A stretch of 64,000 nt of DNA from the human T2T-CHM13v2.0 reference genome, Homo sapiens: the NCBI RefSeq assembly GCF_009914755.1, contig NC_060944.1. One strand, 5' to 3'. Of the stretch, positions 34,985-47,862 are shown one piece after another; position 1 is the first letter of the stretch, and each line of letters starts with the position of its first letter. A model generated the notes under the pieces. It was not told the DNA's origin. It saw nothing but the letters and a program-made list of their open reading frames with translations, and searched no databases. The position numbers and the translations under genes are program-made.

Positions 34985-37098
34985 CATTAATATGTCAGTT
35001 GTACATATTTTGGGGATATGTGATGTTTTGTTACATGTATACAGTGTGCTGTGATCAAACCAGGATCATCGGGATACCCATCACCTCAAACACTTATCTT
35101 TTCTTAGCTTTGGGAACATCATAATTCCTTCTGGCAATTTTGAAACATACAAAAAATGATGGTTAACTATAGTAACCCTACTGTACTATCAAACACTAGA
35201 ACTTATTATTTTTGTCTCACTTGATGTTTGTACCCATGAACCGACCTCTCTTTATTCCTCTCAACCCCCCAGACACACTCCACTTTCCCAGGATCTGACA
35301 TTCACCATTCTACCCTCTACCTCCATGAGGTCCATCATTTTAGCTCCCACCTGGGACTGAGAACGTGTGGTGTTTGTCTTTCAGTGATTGGCTTATTTTA
35401 CATGAAATGACCTCCGGTTCCATCCATGTTGCTGCAAATGACAGAATTTCATTCTTTTTTATGGCTGAATACTATTCCACTGTGTACATGAACTACATTG
35501 TCTTTATCTATTTGTCCATTGATGGACACCAAAGTTGATTCCATCTCTTAGCTATTACAAATGCAGCTGCAAAAAAACTTGGGAGCGTAGCTATCTCTTC
35601 GAGACACCTGCTTTCCTTCCTTTAGGATGAGTGCCCAGCAGTGGGGTTGCTGGGTCATAGGGCAGTTCCATTCGTAGACTCTGAGGAGCCTCCGTGCTGT
35701 TCTCGAGGCGGTGGTCCTACCTCATGTTCCCTGCAGCAGCATATGAGGGCTCCCCTTTCCCTGCCTCCTTGCCGGCAGGATTTTTTCTGTTGGGTGAGGT
35801 CATATTTCCCCAAGTGTTCTTGATGCCTGTGGACATGTGATAGTGTCCGTGTTGAGGGATTAGGTGTCTATTTTAGTCTTTGCAGTCAGGTTTGCTTGTG
35901 CCTGTCCTTCAGATACGAATCCATTTCCTGAGCCTGTGACCCCTGCAGCCATCTCAGCACTAGAGGATACTGTAAGTCCAGGCTGGCCACAAGGCTATCA
36001 AGGGCTCCAGAGTGGACCTGCAGAAGACCCAGTAAGGGTGCTGGGGCTGTGTGGAAATGCTGGCCAGGGCTCAGAATCCAGAAGACCGTCTGGTGGCCCA
36101 GACGGCCATGCCTCCCAGCAGGTCTCTGCACAGGCACAATGGATCCCTGCCTAAAGCAAGAGGGGCTGCAGCTGAGACTGGGCCCCCTCAGGCTCTTCGG
36201 TGGGGTGGAGGCTGGAGAGCCTGGTCTCATTGGCTCAGAGGGTGCACGTCTCCCAGCAGGTTGGGATAGTCCCCAACTGCAGTGAGTGGGGCCGGAGCTT
36301 TCAGCCCCAGCCCCAGCCCCAGCCCCTTTCCTTCCTCTCCCTGGGGATCAGAGGGTGGGGCAAAAAGTTCCCATAATCTCTAGGTCTTTCTGGTGACCAG
36401 TCCCATCTGAGAATATACAGGGGTCCACCCTAAGTCACCTCATTAGCATAAACTCATAAGCATAGAGACGCTCCTAACACTTGTGAAATCCCAGGGCTCT
36501 GGGAGCTGAGCCGGGAACCTGGGCAAAGACCAAGTCAATCCCTGAGGATCTGCCATGGGATGAGGTTGGTGATCCCAGATTGCTGAGCCTGACAGGGAGG
36601 CTCAGACTCCCAGCCTGCGGGATGTGGGCAAGGCTCCCTCTGGCTTCCTGTGTGAGCACCTCTTTGCTGGGACCTCAGCTGAGTGGGGCTGGAGCTGCAC
36701 CTCTGGGCCACATTTGGGTTCACTGCCAAGACTCATGTCAGAGGTCACAAGAGCTTTTCTGCCAACCCACTAGCATGAGCGATTCCTCCTGGACTTGGCA
36801 AATGTCTTGGTTGCACGCTCAGGCCAAACGAGGCTGTAGCCAAGCCGCTTGGGGGACAGGGCTGTTTCCAGGCTTGAACCGGGAAGCAAGCTCAGTGGGG
36901 TGGATCAGCCACCTGGGTGTGGATCTGAGCTCTCAAAAATGACTCTCCCACGTCTTGGGCTCCACCAGGGCTTCATGAACTCCTGCCTGAATCTGGAGGC
37001 TCCTGCAGAGAGACTTGTGACTGTGGATGGGCGAAAACTTCTTGTTGTGTGGGGGGATACGGGCGAGTCACCTTCTGTGTCACCATCCTGGTGACATC
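34985..37098 (-). mobile_element. L1MA-type element: 5'UTR and ORF1 start joined to ORF2 end and 3'UTR (large internal deletion)
   Basis: 34985-35780 is L1MA ORF2 end/3'UTR (CATCCATGTTGCTGCAAATGACAGAATTTCATTC). 35790-37098 resembles an L1M 5' end (GGTGAGGTCAT = ORF1 ATG at 35803; ends CACCATCCTGGTGACATC). Confidence 0.75.
36296..36539 (-). repeat. Inverted partial copy of the MER21 LTR segment at 39182-39411
   Basis: Reverse complement aligns with 16 substitutions and 3 indels over 230 bp. Confidence 0.97.
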
Positions 37099-37211
37099 TT
37101 CAGCTCATGCATTTTTCTTGTGGTTTTGCAAAGGTTTCTTGGATATTACGCACATTGTTGATTTTGCCAGATAGCAAGTCTCCAATCTAGTACAATTATG
37201 GAATTTAAAAA

Positions 37212-37492
37212 TTTTTTTTGAGTCATAAAAATGTGCATATTTTCAAGTACTTGTAATAATTTAATATACTCATATAATTTGTAAAGATGAAATCAGTGTA
37301 ATTGGGATATCCCATCACCTTAAATATTTATCATTTCTTTATGCTGGAAACATTCACATTATTCTCTTTTAGCTACTTCAAAATATACAATACATCATTA
37401 TAACCTGTAGTTAACTACTGACCTGTCAAACACTAGGTCTTATTTCTTCTGTCAAACTGTATATTTGTAACCAATAATCAACCTCTCTTCCT
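37212..37492 (-). mobile_element. Second L1MA 3' end fragment
   Basis: AAATCAGTGTAATTGGGATATCCCATCACCTTAAATATTTATCATTTCTTT...CAAACACTAGGTCTTATTTCTTCT. Confidence 0.85.
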
Positions 37493-39164
37493 GGTACTTT
37501 TGTCTATTTTTGAGGCCTGACGTATTTTGGGTGGACTTGCCTTTTTCTCATAATAGGATGCTGTGGGCATTCCTCCTTATCAGCAGCTGTGCCTCTCATC
37601 CCATGTTAATGAGGGTGCCATATGCATGCTGTGGTTGGACTCACACTTACCCAACCAAGGACAGCTGTCCACATGGTCACTTTTCCATCAAACCTGACTT
37701 TGCCGTGGGATTTGTTAAGACCATCCTTCCTGCTGAGGCCCAGAGTGGGGATGTAACCATGGCCAATTATGGACTTTCCCGAATGAAAAGCCCTTCATTC
37801 CGATGTTACAGCTTAGACTCGAGGGTCTAATTTAAGGACTCTCTACCTAGCTGCTGAGTTGAAAACAGCCTCCTAGTTTCTGCTAATGTGACGGTTTTGC
37901 ATGCTGCATTTAGGCCTGTCACCCACAGGGCTTGGCTTTGGCATTTGGTGTGAGGTAGGGATTGCACACCTCTGCATTCTCCTCATTGGTCTCTTTGGTC
38001 TTTGGCCGTTTCTCTGCCTAATGTCTACTACAGGGAACTCAGCTCCTCAGGAGCATTCTTCCATCATCTCTGTGTTGTGTACAAAGCAGAAAACGACCAT
38101 GAACAGCCAGCCACACCTCCAGGAGGGCCGATAAAGGTGTGAATTAGAGGTCCCTGCTTGCCCAGGGAGACAAGCTTGCAGTGTGAGGCTTCTCCTGCCC
38201 CTGCCGAGAGCGGTGTTTGCCTCGTCTCTTCATCTTTTCTCACCTCCACAAGTTTCCTCGGAAAAAACAGGGGCTTTTCTTCTTCACCTGCCCCCTCTTC
38301 GTTTCACACTCTCTGTCCCCTTGACAGCCCCTAGTCTTTACCCAAGTGCTTCAGAAAACAAACACACTTTAAAGTCGTTTAAAGACCAGAGAGACACAGC
38401 TGCTGCCTTCCAGGCAGAGTGAGCTGGGAGGCTTCATTCTGAGTTTCTGAAGTAGCTCATCTCCAAGTGGTGCAGAAGTTCTTGCCAGATCTGGCTCAGG
38501 GCCGTGTGCGTAGGTCAGTCAGTGGAGGAACCCCAAGTGCCAGGTAACAATCTTCTCACCTCCTAATATCGCCCTAGACACATGCTTGTCTCTGTGTGGA
38601 GTATGCTTTTCTTCTATCACCTCCACAGTGGTGTTAGTCATTTATAAACTGTCCATCTGTGTGCAGAATCTAGGATGTGGTTCCAAAAACAAAATCTGGA
38701 AAAAAGGCTTCAAAAGAAAAAAAAAAAAAAAGATCTAGTGAACTGGATACCTAAACCACTAGGGAAATAATTAATTTCAAGAAGGTAAAAGAAGCAGAGG
38801 GATGATGTGGGGAAGTCATTGGCTGTGTTCCCCTTCACTGCTTTCTACTTGAGCCCTTGAATTTGATTCTTGAGCTGGGCATGCAGTCCACAGCTCTTTG
38901 TGGAGCCATCGGCTCTACAGACTTCTTGCTCTTTGGAGCTTGTTTCCAACATCCTGAAGCTCAAATTGGTGGGAGGGGGGGCTTTGGGGAGGAGCTCGTT
39001 TGTTTCCCCACAGTGGTTGCTGGCGCTTGATTTTTCCAAATGCAGCTTAAATGTTTGTATGTCTTGGGTTCCTTGTGATTGACAAACGTGACTAAGTCTC
39101 TGGTGCAGATGTTCGTCCTGCAGAGGCAGGTGGGTGTATGAGAGGAGAGGTGGCAGGGACGGAC

Positions 39165-39810
39165 GTGTGGTGGAATGAGAAATTGACTTAGTCTTTGTCC
39201 AGGTTCCTGGCTCGGCTCCCAGAGCCTGGGATTTAGCAAGTGTTACGAGTGTCTCTATGCTTATGAGTTTATGCTAATGAAGTGACTTAGGGTGGACCCC
39301 TGTATATTCTCAGACAGGGCTGGTCACCAGAAAGACCTAGAGATTATGGGAACTTTTTGCCCCACCCTCTGACCCCAGGAAGAGAAAAGAAAGGGGCTGG
39401 GGCTGGAAGCTGAACCCTGTGAAAACCCCTGAACAGGAAGATACAGAGCTTTCAGGCTGTTGAGCAGGAGGGCGGGCACCTGGAGGGCAGGGAAGCTCCT
39501 GCGCCTCCCACACCTTTGCCCTCTCCATTTGTCTGTCCAGTAAACTTAAGCAAATTGTGTTCTGGGAGCCATTCTAGCAACAGACTGAGCCTGAGGAGGG
39601 TGTCCTGGGAACCGTCAGTCAGAAGCACAGGTGGCCGGTGCGTGGGACTGGCCTGCAGTGGGGGTTGTGTAGTGGGACCCAGCCCTTATCTGTGGAGTCT
39701 GCGCTGACGTGGGCAATTAGTGTCAGAATTGAATTGAATTCTGGACACCTAGTTTGGGTGTTGGAGAATTGGAGAATTGGTTGGTGTCAGAGAAAACACC
39801 CCAGAGAATG
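39165..39810 (+). mobile_element. MER21-like ERVL LTR
   Basis: TATGCTAATGAAGTGACT...GGGCTGGTCACCAGAAAGACC...TAGTGTCAGAATTGAATTGAATT...TTGGAGAATTGGTTGGTGT. Confidence 0.8.
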
Positions 39811-40220
39811 TAAGAAAAAAGCAAGGGAAAAAGAAAAGCCTCTTGTTTTTGTAGGTGGCCAGAGCTAAACCCATTTCTCAAAATTCAGTGAGGGGGTGAC
39901 TCACTAATGGGGGCCCGCTCTTCAGGCTCCCTGAGGATGGGGATGAGGGTCACCTGCTCAGACCCAGGGGATGGGGCAGTGGGACAGCCTCCCAGCACCC
40001 ACTTTCTCCCAGCACTGACTCCCAGCCCAGCCTCCCAGCACTGCGAGAGCTGCTTCAGCCCTGCTGTCCAGGTTTCATGTGAAAACAGTGAATCCCACCC
40101 ACCCCAGAACACCAGAAACCAGGTGGACCCTGACTTCCAGTGGAAGAGGCCTCTGCTGGGAGGCCACTCTTCTGGCCAAGTTAGAGTTCTCTGCATTGGA
40201 AATGTGTTCATACATTTTGC

Positions 40221-40539
40221 TTTTTTTGTTGTTGTTTTTGTTTTTTTGGTTTTTTTTTGAGACAGAGTCTCACTCTGTCACCCAGTCTGGAGTGCAGTGC
40301 ATAATCTCAGCTCACTGCAGCCTCCACATCCTGGGTTCAAGCGATTCTCCTGTCTCAGCCTCCCGAGTATCTGGGATTATAGGTGTGCACCACCACGCCC
40401 AGCTAATTTTTGTATTTTTAGCAGAGATGTGGTTTCACGATGTTGGCCAGACTGGTCTTGAACTCCTGACCTCTGGTGATCCACCCACCTCGGCCTCCCA
40501 AAGTGCTGGGATGACAGGCATGAGCCCCCGTGCCTGGCC
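40221..40539 (-). mobile_element. AluS (Sx-like)
   Basis: T/TG-rich tail followed by the reverse Alu; flanking ATTTTGC at 40214 and 40541. Confidence 0.97.
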
Positions 40540-42339
40540 TATTTTGCATTTTTTAAGTGAGGAATGTCCCATAATGAAAACATAGATAATCACTGAAGCA
40601 TCAGAGTGCCCACGTGCAGCTTATTTGCCAACTTTCAAGTTTCCAGCATTAATATTTTGTAAAGAAAAATAAATTAATGGATATTGGGGAGTTGGAAACT
40701 TCCTGCCTGTGACTCTGATGATTCAGGATTTGACATTTCCTTTAGTCTCTGCAGTGTCTTCAAGGAAAAGCATATATCTAGGCCCAGCTAGTTCTGTGGT
40801 TCCCAAGAGACATTGTCATTATCAATGTAGGGATGCGAGGGTTAGGAGAATTAATGATTTCTATGAAATCAGCATGTATAAAAGTGAGGGTAACTGAATC
40901 TTGCACTTCCGGATTTTGGGTGATGGTGAGGACAAAGGGAGCTGGGAATAGAACAGAATATCAGGTTGTGGAAGTTTCTCTGCCATTATCATCATTTTGG
41001 TCAAATGCCTTCGGTGGGGTCAGCCTCGCTGCTGGCTGGATTTTCAGCCCTGTCTCCTGTCTGAGAGGCCAAGAGAGCAGAGCGGGCCCCCGTGAAGGCC
41101 ACGCGATGGCCACGGGATGAGGGACGTGGCTGCTGAGCCGCCTCGTGGCCACGGGCCCCCTGCGTCGTCCTGCCCTTGGGAACTCAGAGTGAGCCCTCCG
41201 CACAGAGAGCAGTGGGTGAGATCACAAAGCTCAATCAGAAGCTCAGGGGCACAGGCAGGGAGACTGCAGAGCTGGTGAACTTCCTCCCTGACACTGCACC
41301 AGCACTGCCGTCTCTGACCGGAAAGGCCGTGACAGGGGAGGTCCCATTTGCAGGTTCAGGCCCTGGGGATGCTGCCTCGCTGCCTTCCCTCGGGGAATCA
41401 GCCAGCCTCTGTGTGGGGCGGGTGGAGGTGCCCATCAGGGTTCTCATATCTGAAGCCCTTCCTGCAGCACCTTGGGGGACGTCAGTCTCTGGAGGACTCT
41501 GGAGACCCACTCCTGCATTGCCCACAGAGGAGGACAGTCCATAGCGCCTTCTTTCCACCACAGGAAACAGCAGCCCACACTGTGGGAGTTGGGGAAGGCC
41601 CTTTTTTCCTCCACAGTAAGAGAGGATGCCAGGCAGGTTAGTGGGGTAAATAATAGAACTCTCTCCTGCTCCAGGGAGGGTCAGAGCTTACTGGTAGCAT
41701 CTGAGCATTGATGAAGAGGGCAGGGCTGGACCTTACTTAGGGCAAAGCATAGCTCAGCCTCCCTGGAAGTTTTCTTTCAGCAAAGCTTGCTGTCATCATG
41801 GCCACCACAATGGGCTCTCTCCATTCTTGCTCTTCCTGGACCCCAAAAATGGTCATAGCCAGGTGGGTCCTTGCGTTTCTCTCCAAATGTTCTTGATTTC
41901 AGGGCTGACCTTCCCACTCTGCAGGGACGCAGGCCAGAAAACGCACCACTGCCCTGGCCTTGGCCCAGCACGTAGACCTGGTCAGGGTCCCCGCTGCACA
42001 TCCAGGGGTTCTTCCTGGGTCCTGGGGCAGTGGGTCCATGGGGGGCTGCTGGGTGGAGGGGGGTGACTGGACCGGGTGCTGTGCGAAGGTGTCTCAGTGG
42101 AAAACAGAGGAACAAATAGCTCCTGAAATGTGCCTCTGAGCCTGCCCCTGTCACTATGGGACAGAAGAACACCCACAAGTGACTTGGAAGAACTGGCACT
42201 TGGTCCATTTCTCAAGAGTCATTCTGCAGAGGCTCATCGGCCTTGGCTCCCACCGCACCCACCACCGCCCTCTGTGCTGCTGCCTGCTTTGTTCTTTCAG
42301 AACATGCAGCCTGTCTGAACCCATACTTCCCACGCTGTG

Positions 42340-42472
42340 TCGTGTCTGCCTGTCTTTCCTCTTAGAAGCTAAGCCCCAGGAGGGCAGGGACTCCACTCTA
42401 TCCGCAGATGTGTCCCCAGCACCTGGGGCCTGGTGTGGGGCAGTGCTCAGTGAGCAGTTAAGGCATGAATTG
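42340..42472 (+). mobile_element. L2 3' fragment
   Basis: TAGAAGCTAAGCCCCAGGAGGGCAGGGAC...TCCCCAGCACCT...GTGCTCAGTGA. Confidence 0.65.
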
Positions 42473-42910
42473 TCAACTGAAGACTCCCGAGGTCCCTGCG
42501 TTTGGAGAGGAGAGCTCTATTTCTCACAAAGCATTGTAGCTGCAGACAGCCATCCCACAGGCTGGGGAGTGAAGCCCCCATTGCAGGCTGAGAACGTCCC
42601 CCCATTCCCCGTTTTCAAGAAGTCATAGGAGGAGCATAAATACTTGCAAAAGGAGAAAATGCACAGGCACAGCTGAGCTTCGTGCCCCTTCGTGGGTCAC
42701 AGGTTCAAAATCTGGGGGCGACAGCGTGGTCTGAGGGTGAAGTTTTCAGCCTCTGACGTGAAAAGGTGAAGCAGGGGGCATGAACGCCCTGAGCACAATC
42801 CTCCAAGAATCAGCTGGAACCGGTCCAGGGAGAGTGCTCAGGGTTTAGAGAGGGATACCTGTGAAACAGGTGCACTGTCACCCCAAAACTGCAAAGAGGG
42901 AGGAGAGGCC

Positions 42911-43270
42911 TGATAGGGTTTGGCTGTGTCCCCACCCAAATTTCATCTTGAATTGTAGCTCCCATAATTCCCACATGTTGAGGAGGGACCCGGTGGGAGG
43001 TAATTGAATCATGGAGGCGGTTTCTCCCATGCTGTTCTCATGGTAGTGAGTGAATGTCATGAGATCTGATGGTTTTGGAAGGGGTTTCCCCTTTTGCTTG
43101 GCTCTCATTCTCTTGCCTGCCGCCATGTAAGATGTGCCTTTCACCTTCTGCCACGATTGCGAGGCCTCCCCAGCCATGTGGAACTGTGAGTCCATTAAAC
43201 CTCTTTTTCTTTATAAATTACCCAGTCTCGGGCAGGCCTTTATCAGCAGCCGTGAGAACAGACTAATACA
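42911..43270 (+). mobile_element. THE1B-like MaLR solo LTR
   Basis: TGATAGGGTTTGGCTGTGTCCCCACCCAAAT...GACTAATACA; 5-bp TSD AGGCC/GGGCC. Confidence 0.95.
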
Positions 43271-45265
43271 GGGCCGGTGCTGGCCTCGGCTGGGTGGCTG
43301 AAGGCAACAAAGGCATGGGTGGCCCGGTTCTTGTTTTCCGGAGCCAGTTTCCGCTGCCTCCTCAGGAAAGCATCCTGGGTAAATGTTCGTGAGAAAGGGG
43401 TTCACTGAGGGGAGTCTGGCCTCCCATCCCATCCTGGCTGGGAGCGTTGTTTTTCAGGTTTCTCTGGGGTCCCCTTGGCTGAGATGGGGTCCGTTCAGCT
43501 GGCTGAGGGGATTTTATTTTTATTTCTCTGAATGAATCAACAAAGGACAAGCAAAAGAAGCAAGTGGGCCTCATGAGACTGGTTTGATGGTGGCACAGAG
43601 ATGCCCGGGGGCAGGAGCGGGCCCTTCCACCTTGGTGTTGCTGCCTGGGAATGGGACCCCGGCCTGTGTGCTCAGCCCTTGGAACCCAGGATCCAGTCCC
43701 CCAAATCAATGACTGGAGGTGCATCCAGCACCCGGCATGGTCCTGGTTATGGAGCAATTCAGCGGTGCTGGGCTGATGGATCTCAGAGTTCGCTGTATCA
43801 CGGGTACTCTGAGATTCAGAGCATCCCTGTGGAGGCCCCTATTGTTTCGGTTAACTGAGAATTCACTCGTGTGAGCAATGCAGATGTGTTGCTCTTTATT
43901 GCCTGAGGACTGAGGTTTCTATGGCAAGTGGTGAATTCAGAGAGGGGTAGAGACCAGGGGCCAACGGGGTGACTTTCCAGCCTTCTGTTCTTTCTGTGGC
44001 TCTGAAATTGGAGCCAAGAAGAGCGTGCAGGCTGGCTTACAACGCTGCACCCAGGGCCCGGGATGTGCCTCCCACAGATACCTCAACAATAGGAGATCTG
44101 AAGTTGGCAGCAGAGACCCCAGTTCACTGCCCTCTTCCTTTCCAGAGCAGCAAGTCTTGGCGTGGCCCCTGCCCAGTGATAGTGAATAAAGAAACAGGCC
44201 TGGCCCAGCTGCAGTTGCACACCTAGCCCTGCTATGTGCTTGGCAGGTCTCAGACATTGCCACCCTGCAGATACAGGTGATGCTTTGCTATTGAGGAGCA
44301 GATTGGGGCATGTCTGCTGGGTTCGGTCACCCTGACTGGACACTTGCTGGATGAAACTAGCCCCAGCCCCAGCCCCAGCTGCCATTCCCTCCCGCCTCTC
44401 TTCCACCTCCGCGTGCCCCCCACTCCTTCACCTCTGTGCTTCCTGCTATGTGATGTGGTCTCCTGGAGTTAGAAGGAGGATAACTATCAATCAAATGATT
44501 TCTGGAACTTGTGGGAAGCCCCAGTATCTATTTTTTAAAACGCAAATAATTTTTTTTCATTCCCTAAACTATACCTAAAAGCAAAATGATGATTAGAACT
44601 CTCTGAGTTTGGCACAGAGTGAGAGCTTCAGTAGATGTGAACCATCCACTGCTGGCCCCGGGCCACCCCTCACACCGAAGAAGAGTGAGCTTTGTTTCCA
44701 GGACAGAGCGATGTCTGCTCAAGTCTGGTTCAGGCTGTGTGAGGCTCTCCTGGTCTCCATTCTCAGAGAGCACAGGGTCCAGCATTCAATTTGGGGTGGT
44801 GACTATGTCAAGCCGTTGTGATCTGTATCCTCACGTGAGCGCTGTTGGACGGGGCTGAGTTTTCCACACAAAGAGGTTGCCGATGCCCGGGTGGGAGGGC
44901 ACTCAGGAACCTACACAACAGGGAAGAGGGGCTGGCACTCACTTGTCAGAGTTTGCAGCAAGAGGGGAAGTTGCCGTAGGGCTTCTGATGATGGCAGCGC
45001 TGGGGCCTGACGGCCGAGCATCAGCGCCAGGCACATCCGAGCCAAGCACAGCTGCACCAGGGCCTCCATGACGCTTGTTCTGCTTCTGTTGGGACATCGG
45101 CAGAAGGGAGAACTACAGCTGGTAATGGGCCCAGCATTCAGGGGGAGCCAGGCAGGGATCACAGCTGCTTGCAAGGCCTGTCCTCCCTGGCTTCCTGAGT
45201 CAGCTCAGAGATGAAAGGCCCAGAGGGGTCAGGAAAGAAAGGGTGCACTGGGTACCACTTGGAAA

Positions 45266-45742
45266 GATGGTTTGGATGGATGGATGGACGGATGGGTGGG
45301 TGGGTGGATGGATGGATGGATGGATGGACGGATGGGTGGGTGGGTGGATGGATGGATGGATGGATGGGTGGGTGGGTGGGTGGGTGGATGGATGGATGGA
45401 TGGACAGACAGGCAGGCTGGTAGGCAGACAGGCAGACATAGATGGGTAGATAGATGATGGATGGGTGGGTAGATGGTTGATGGATGGATGATAGATGGTA
45501 GGTAGATAGGTAGGTAGATGGATGGATGGATGGATGGATGGATAGATAGATGATGATGATGGATGATAGATACATGATAGATACCTAGATAATGGATGGA
45601 TAGATAGATGGATGATGGATGGATAGATAATAGATGCTTGATGGATGGATGATTGATAGATGATGGATGGATAGATAGATGGATGATGGATGGATGATAG
45701 ATGATAGATTCATACATACATACATACATACATGATAGATAG
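45266..45742. repeat. Compound (GGAT)n/(GGGT)n/(AGAT)n/(CATA)n tetranucleotide array
   Basis: Directly visible. Confidence 0.97.
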
Positions 45743-47862
45743 GCAGAGATACATGGAGAAATAAAGAGGTGGATAGAGAGACAAATCTTGCTATAGCAGG
45801 AAAAATAGTGGTGAAAATTGCTACTTACCAACATGCTCCATAATTTATTAACAAAGATATTTAAATTATTTTAATTTTAGTTCATTTAATTGAAACCAAC
45901 ATCTTTCCCTTTAGGCTCCTGGGAGAGCAATGTTTGTTTCTTTGTGTTTGTTTGTTTACTTGTTTGCAGAGGCTGGTCTCATATGTTGTAATACGAATCA
46001 GGTAGAAAATGGACACATTCTCCCTGGCCATGCCATCCCGGTTATCAAACAGGAATGTCAAGCCCATTTTCCCAGCGCCTCCACCACCCTGGTGAGTGCC
46101 CCCAGACTGCTGAGAGGCGCTTCTTCCACGCGGGAAGGTTCAGCTTTCCTGGGTCTCTGGTTCATCCCAAGTCAGGCTGTTTGCTCTCGATCATGTCTGC
46201 AGGTTTGTGGAGATTTATCTGTGTTCAAATAAGCGTTGGCATCTGTTTCTGTTTTCCAACCACACTGTTAATATTTGTTCTAGTGAAACATATCTTAAGA
46301 TGGCGCCGTCAGTATTTCTTTAGTCAAAGGTGAGCATTGTGAACTGAGATTTCTGTAGAAAGCTGACCATCAGGCGGAGTGTGCATGTAAGAAAGTCTCC
46401 AATGGACCGCGGTTCCGGTCAGGGCCGGCTGCTAGTGTTGGCTATTTGCTTCTGTACTGCCCTGCTTCCTAGAACGCGCTGTCAAGATCTGTTTGACATT
46501 CTGTAACTCTTTCTCCAACAACAGCCTGTCTCCTCTGCTGACAGCGAACATGCCTCGGATGAAAGTTCATTAGTCTATTGAAACATTTCAGTTAATTGCA
46601 AAGCGAGAACCCAGAATTGTCAAGTTCATATTTCCATCTGTGCATGAGCATGGTAATAAAGAATTTTTTGGATAGGTTAATTTGCCTAAAATACCATGCA
46701 GTCAATCAGAGTAACAAAGTTGTTGCTGCCTGCCTCTGTCAGGCAGGGCTTTCATCACCGTCCTTCTCCGGGAGAACATCGCTGGCTCGTACGAATTGGC
46801 AGAAATACAGCACACACGAGCATCAGCTGCAGAGGGAAATATTATTCCAGAGCAAAGCACCCAACAGCTGGGCATTGCACTAGCAAGGCTAGTTTATAGT
46901 TCAAGGTCTTTTTTGTAAGTAAAAGATAGCCACTGAGACATAAGATGGCTTTAATATTTAATTCAGATTGTTGATACTATTTACATTTGTTAATTTTATA
47001 TTTTACTTAATTTGCCACAGATGAAAACGCTCTTTGGAATGAAGTGTGTGTGCTTCTCTCTGAAGATCCCTAATATACATAGGTGTTTAATTTAAAAATA
47101 AAAACAGATGAAGTGCATAAACTATAATTATTAAAATAGGCTCCTGTCAAAGCTCTGTGTTCCCATCCATGTAGGAAGCATGCTCTGCAGGTCCCAGCAG
47201 CCGGTTGTTAATCTGTGCCGATCGCCTCACAGTTGCGTCTTGCCCTATCACGGCAGGCCTCCTATTAGGATCAATACTCAAGGGTTGGCTGCTCACTGAA
47301 TGCCAGGGATATCATCCAGCAGCAGTACATGCCACAAAAGGAGAAGCTGGGTCTCGATGCTCCACGTCTGTAACTGCGAAACGCAGACTGCTCCTGTTGG
47401 CTGCATTTAAGGTGCCACCGCCTCCTCCCCACCCATGTGTTTATGGAGTAATGTGCTTATGGAAAGGACCTAGGTGGCCGCTGAGTTTTATGCACGGGGG
47501 CCACCTCCTTCCCTCAGAAAGGGGAGAGGCCCCTGCTATGTACTCCCTGGGGCAGGTAGTTTGCTGAGAGTTAAGAGGTGTCAGTCTGTCAGGCATACCC
47601 CGGGTGCAAGAAGTGAGACATTTCTTGGATGGCTGGTGTTTGAGAAGCTGATGTCAGGACATGATGGAGCTTGGCTGCAGCATCCGAGGACCAGACACTT
47701 GTGGCCCATGCCAAAGAGTCTGACAGGGAGACAGAGGGTCCTAAAGCTGCCCCAGCACAGTAGCCTCCTGCTGCACATGGCCCAGGCCCTTGCTACGGAA
47801 GACTCACCTAAAACTCTGCAAACAGAAAACGTCAGTGACAGGGACAGCATGCCACTGGAGTG

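Noticed and set aside
43165-43177. PRDM9 hotspot 13-mer position in THE1B
   Set aside because: The sequence is CCTCCCCAGCCAT, not the hotspot-associated CCTCCCTAGCCAC (two mismatches).
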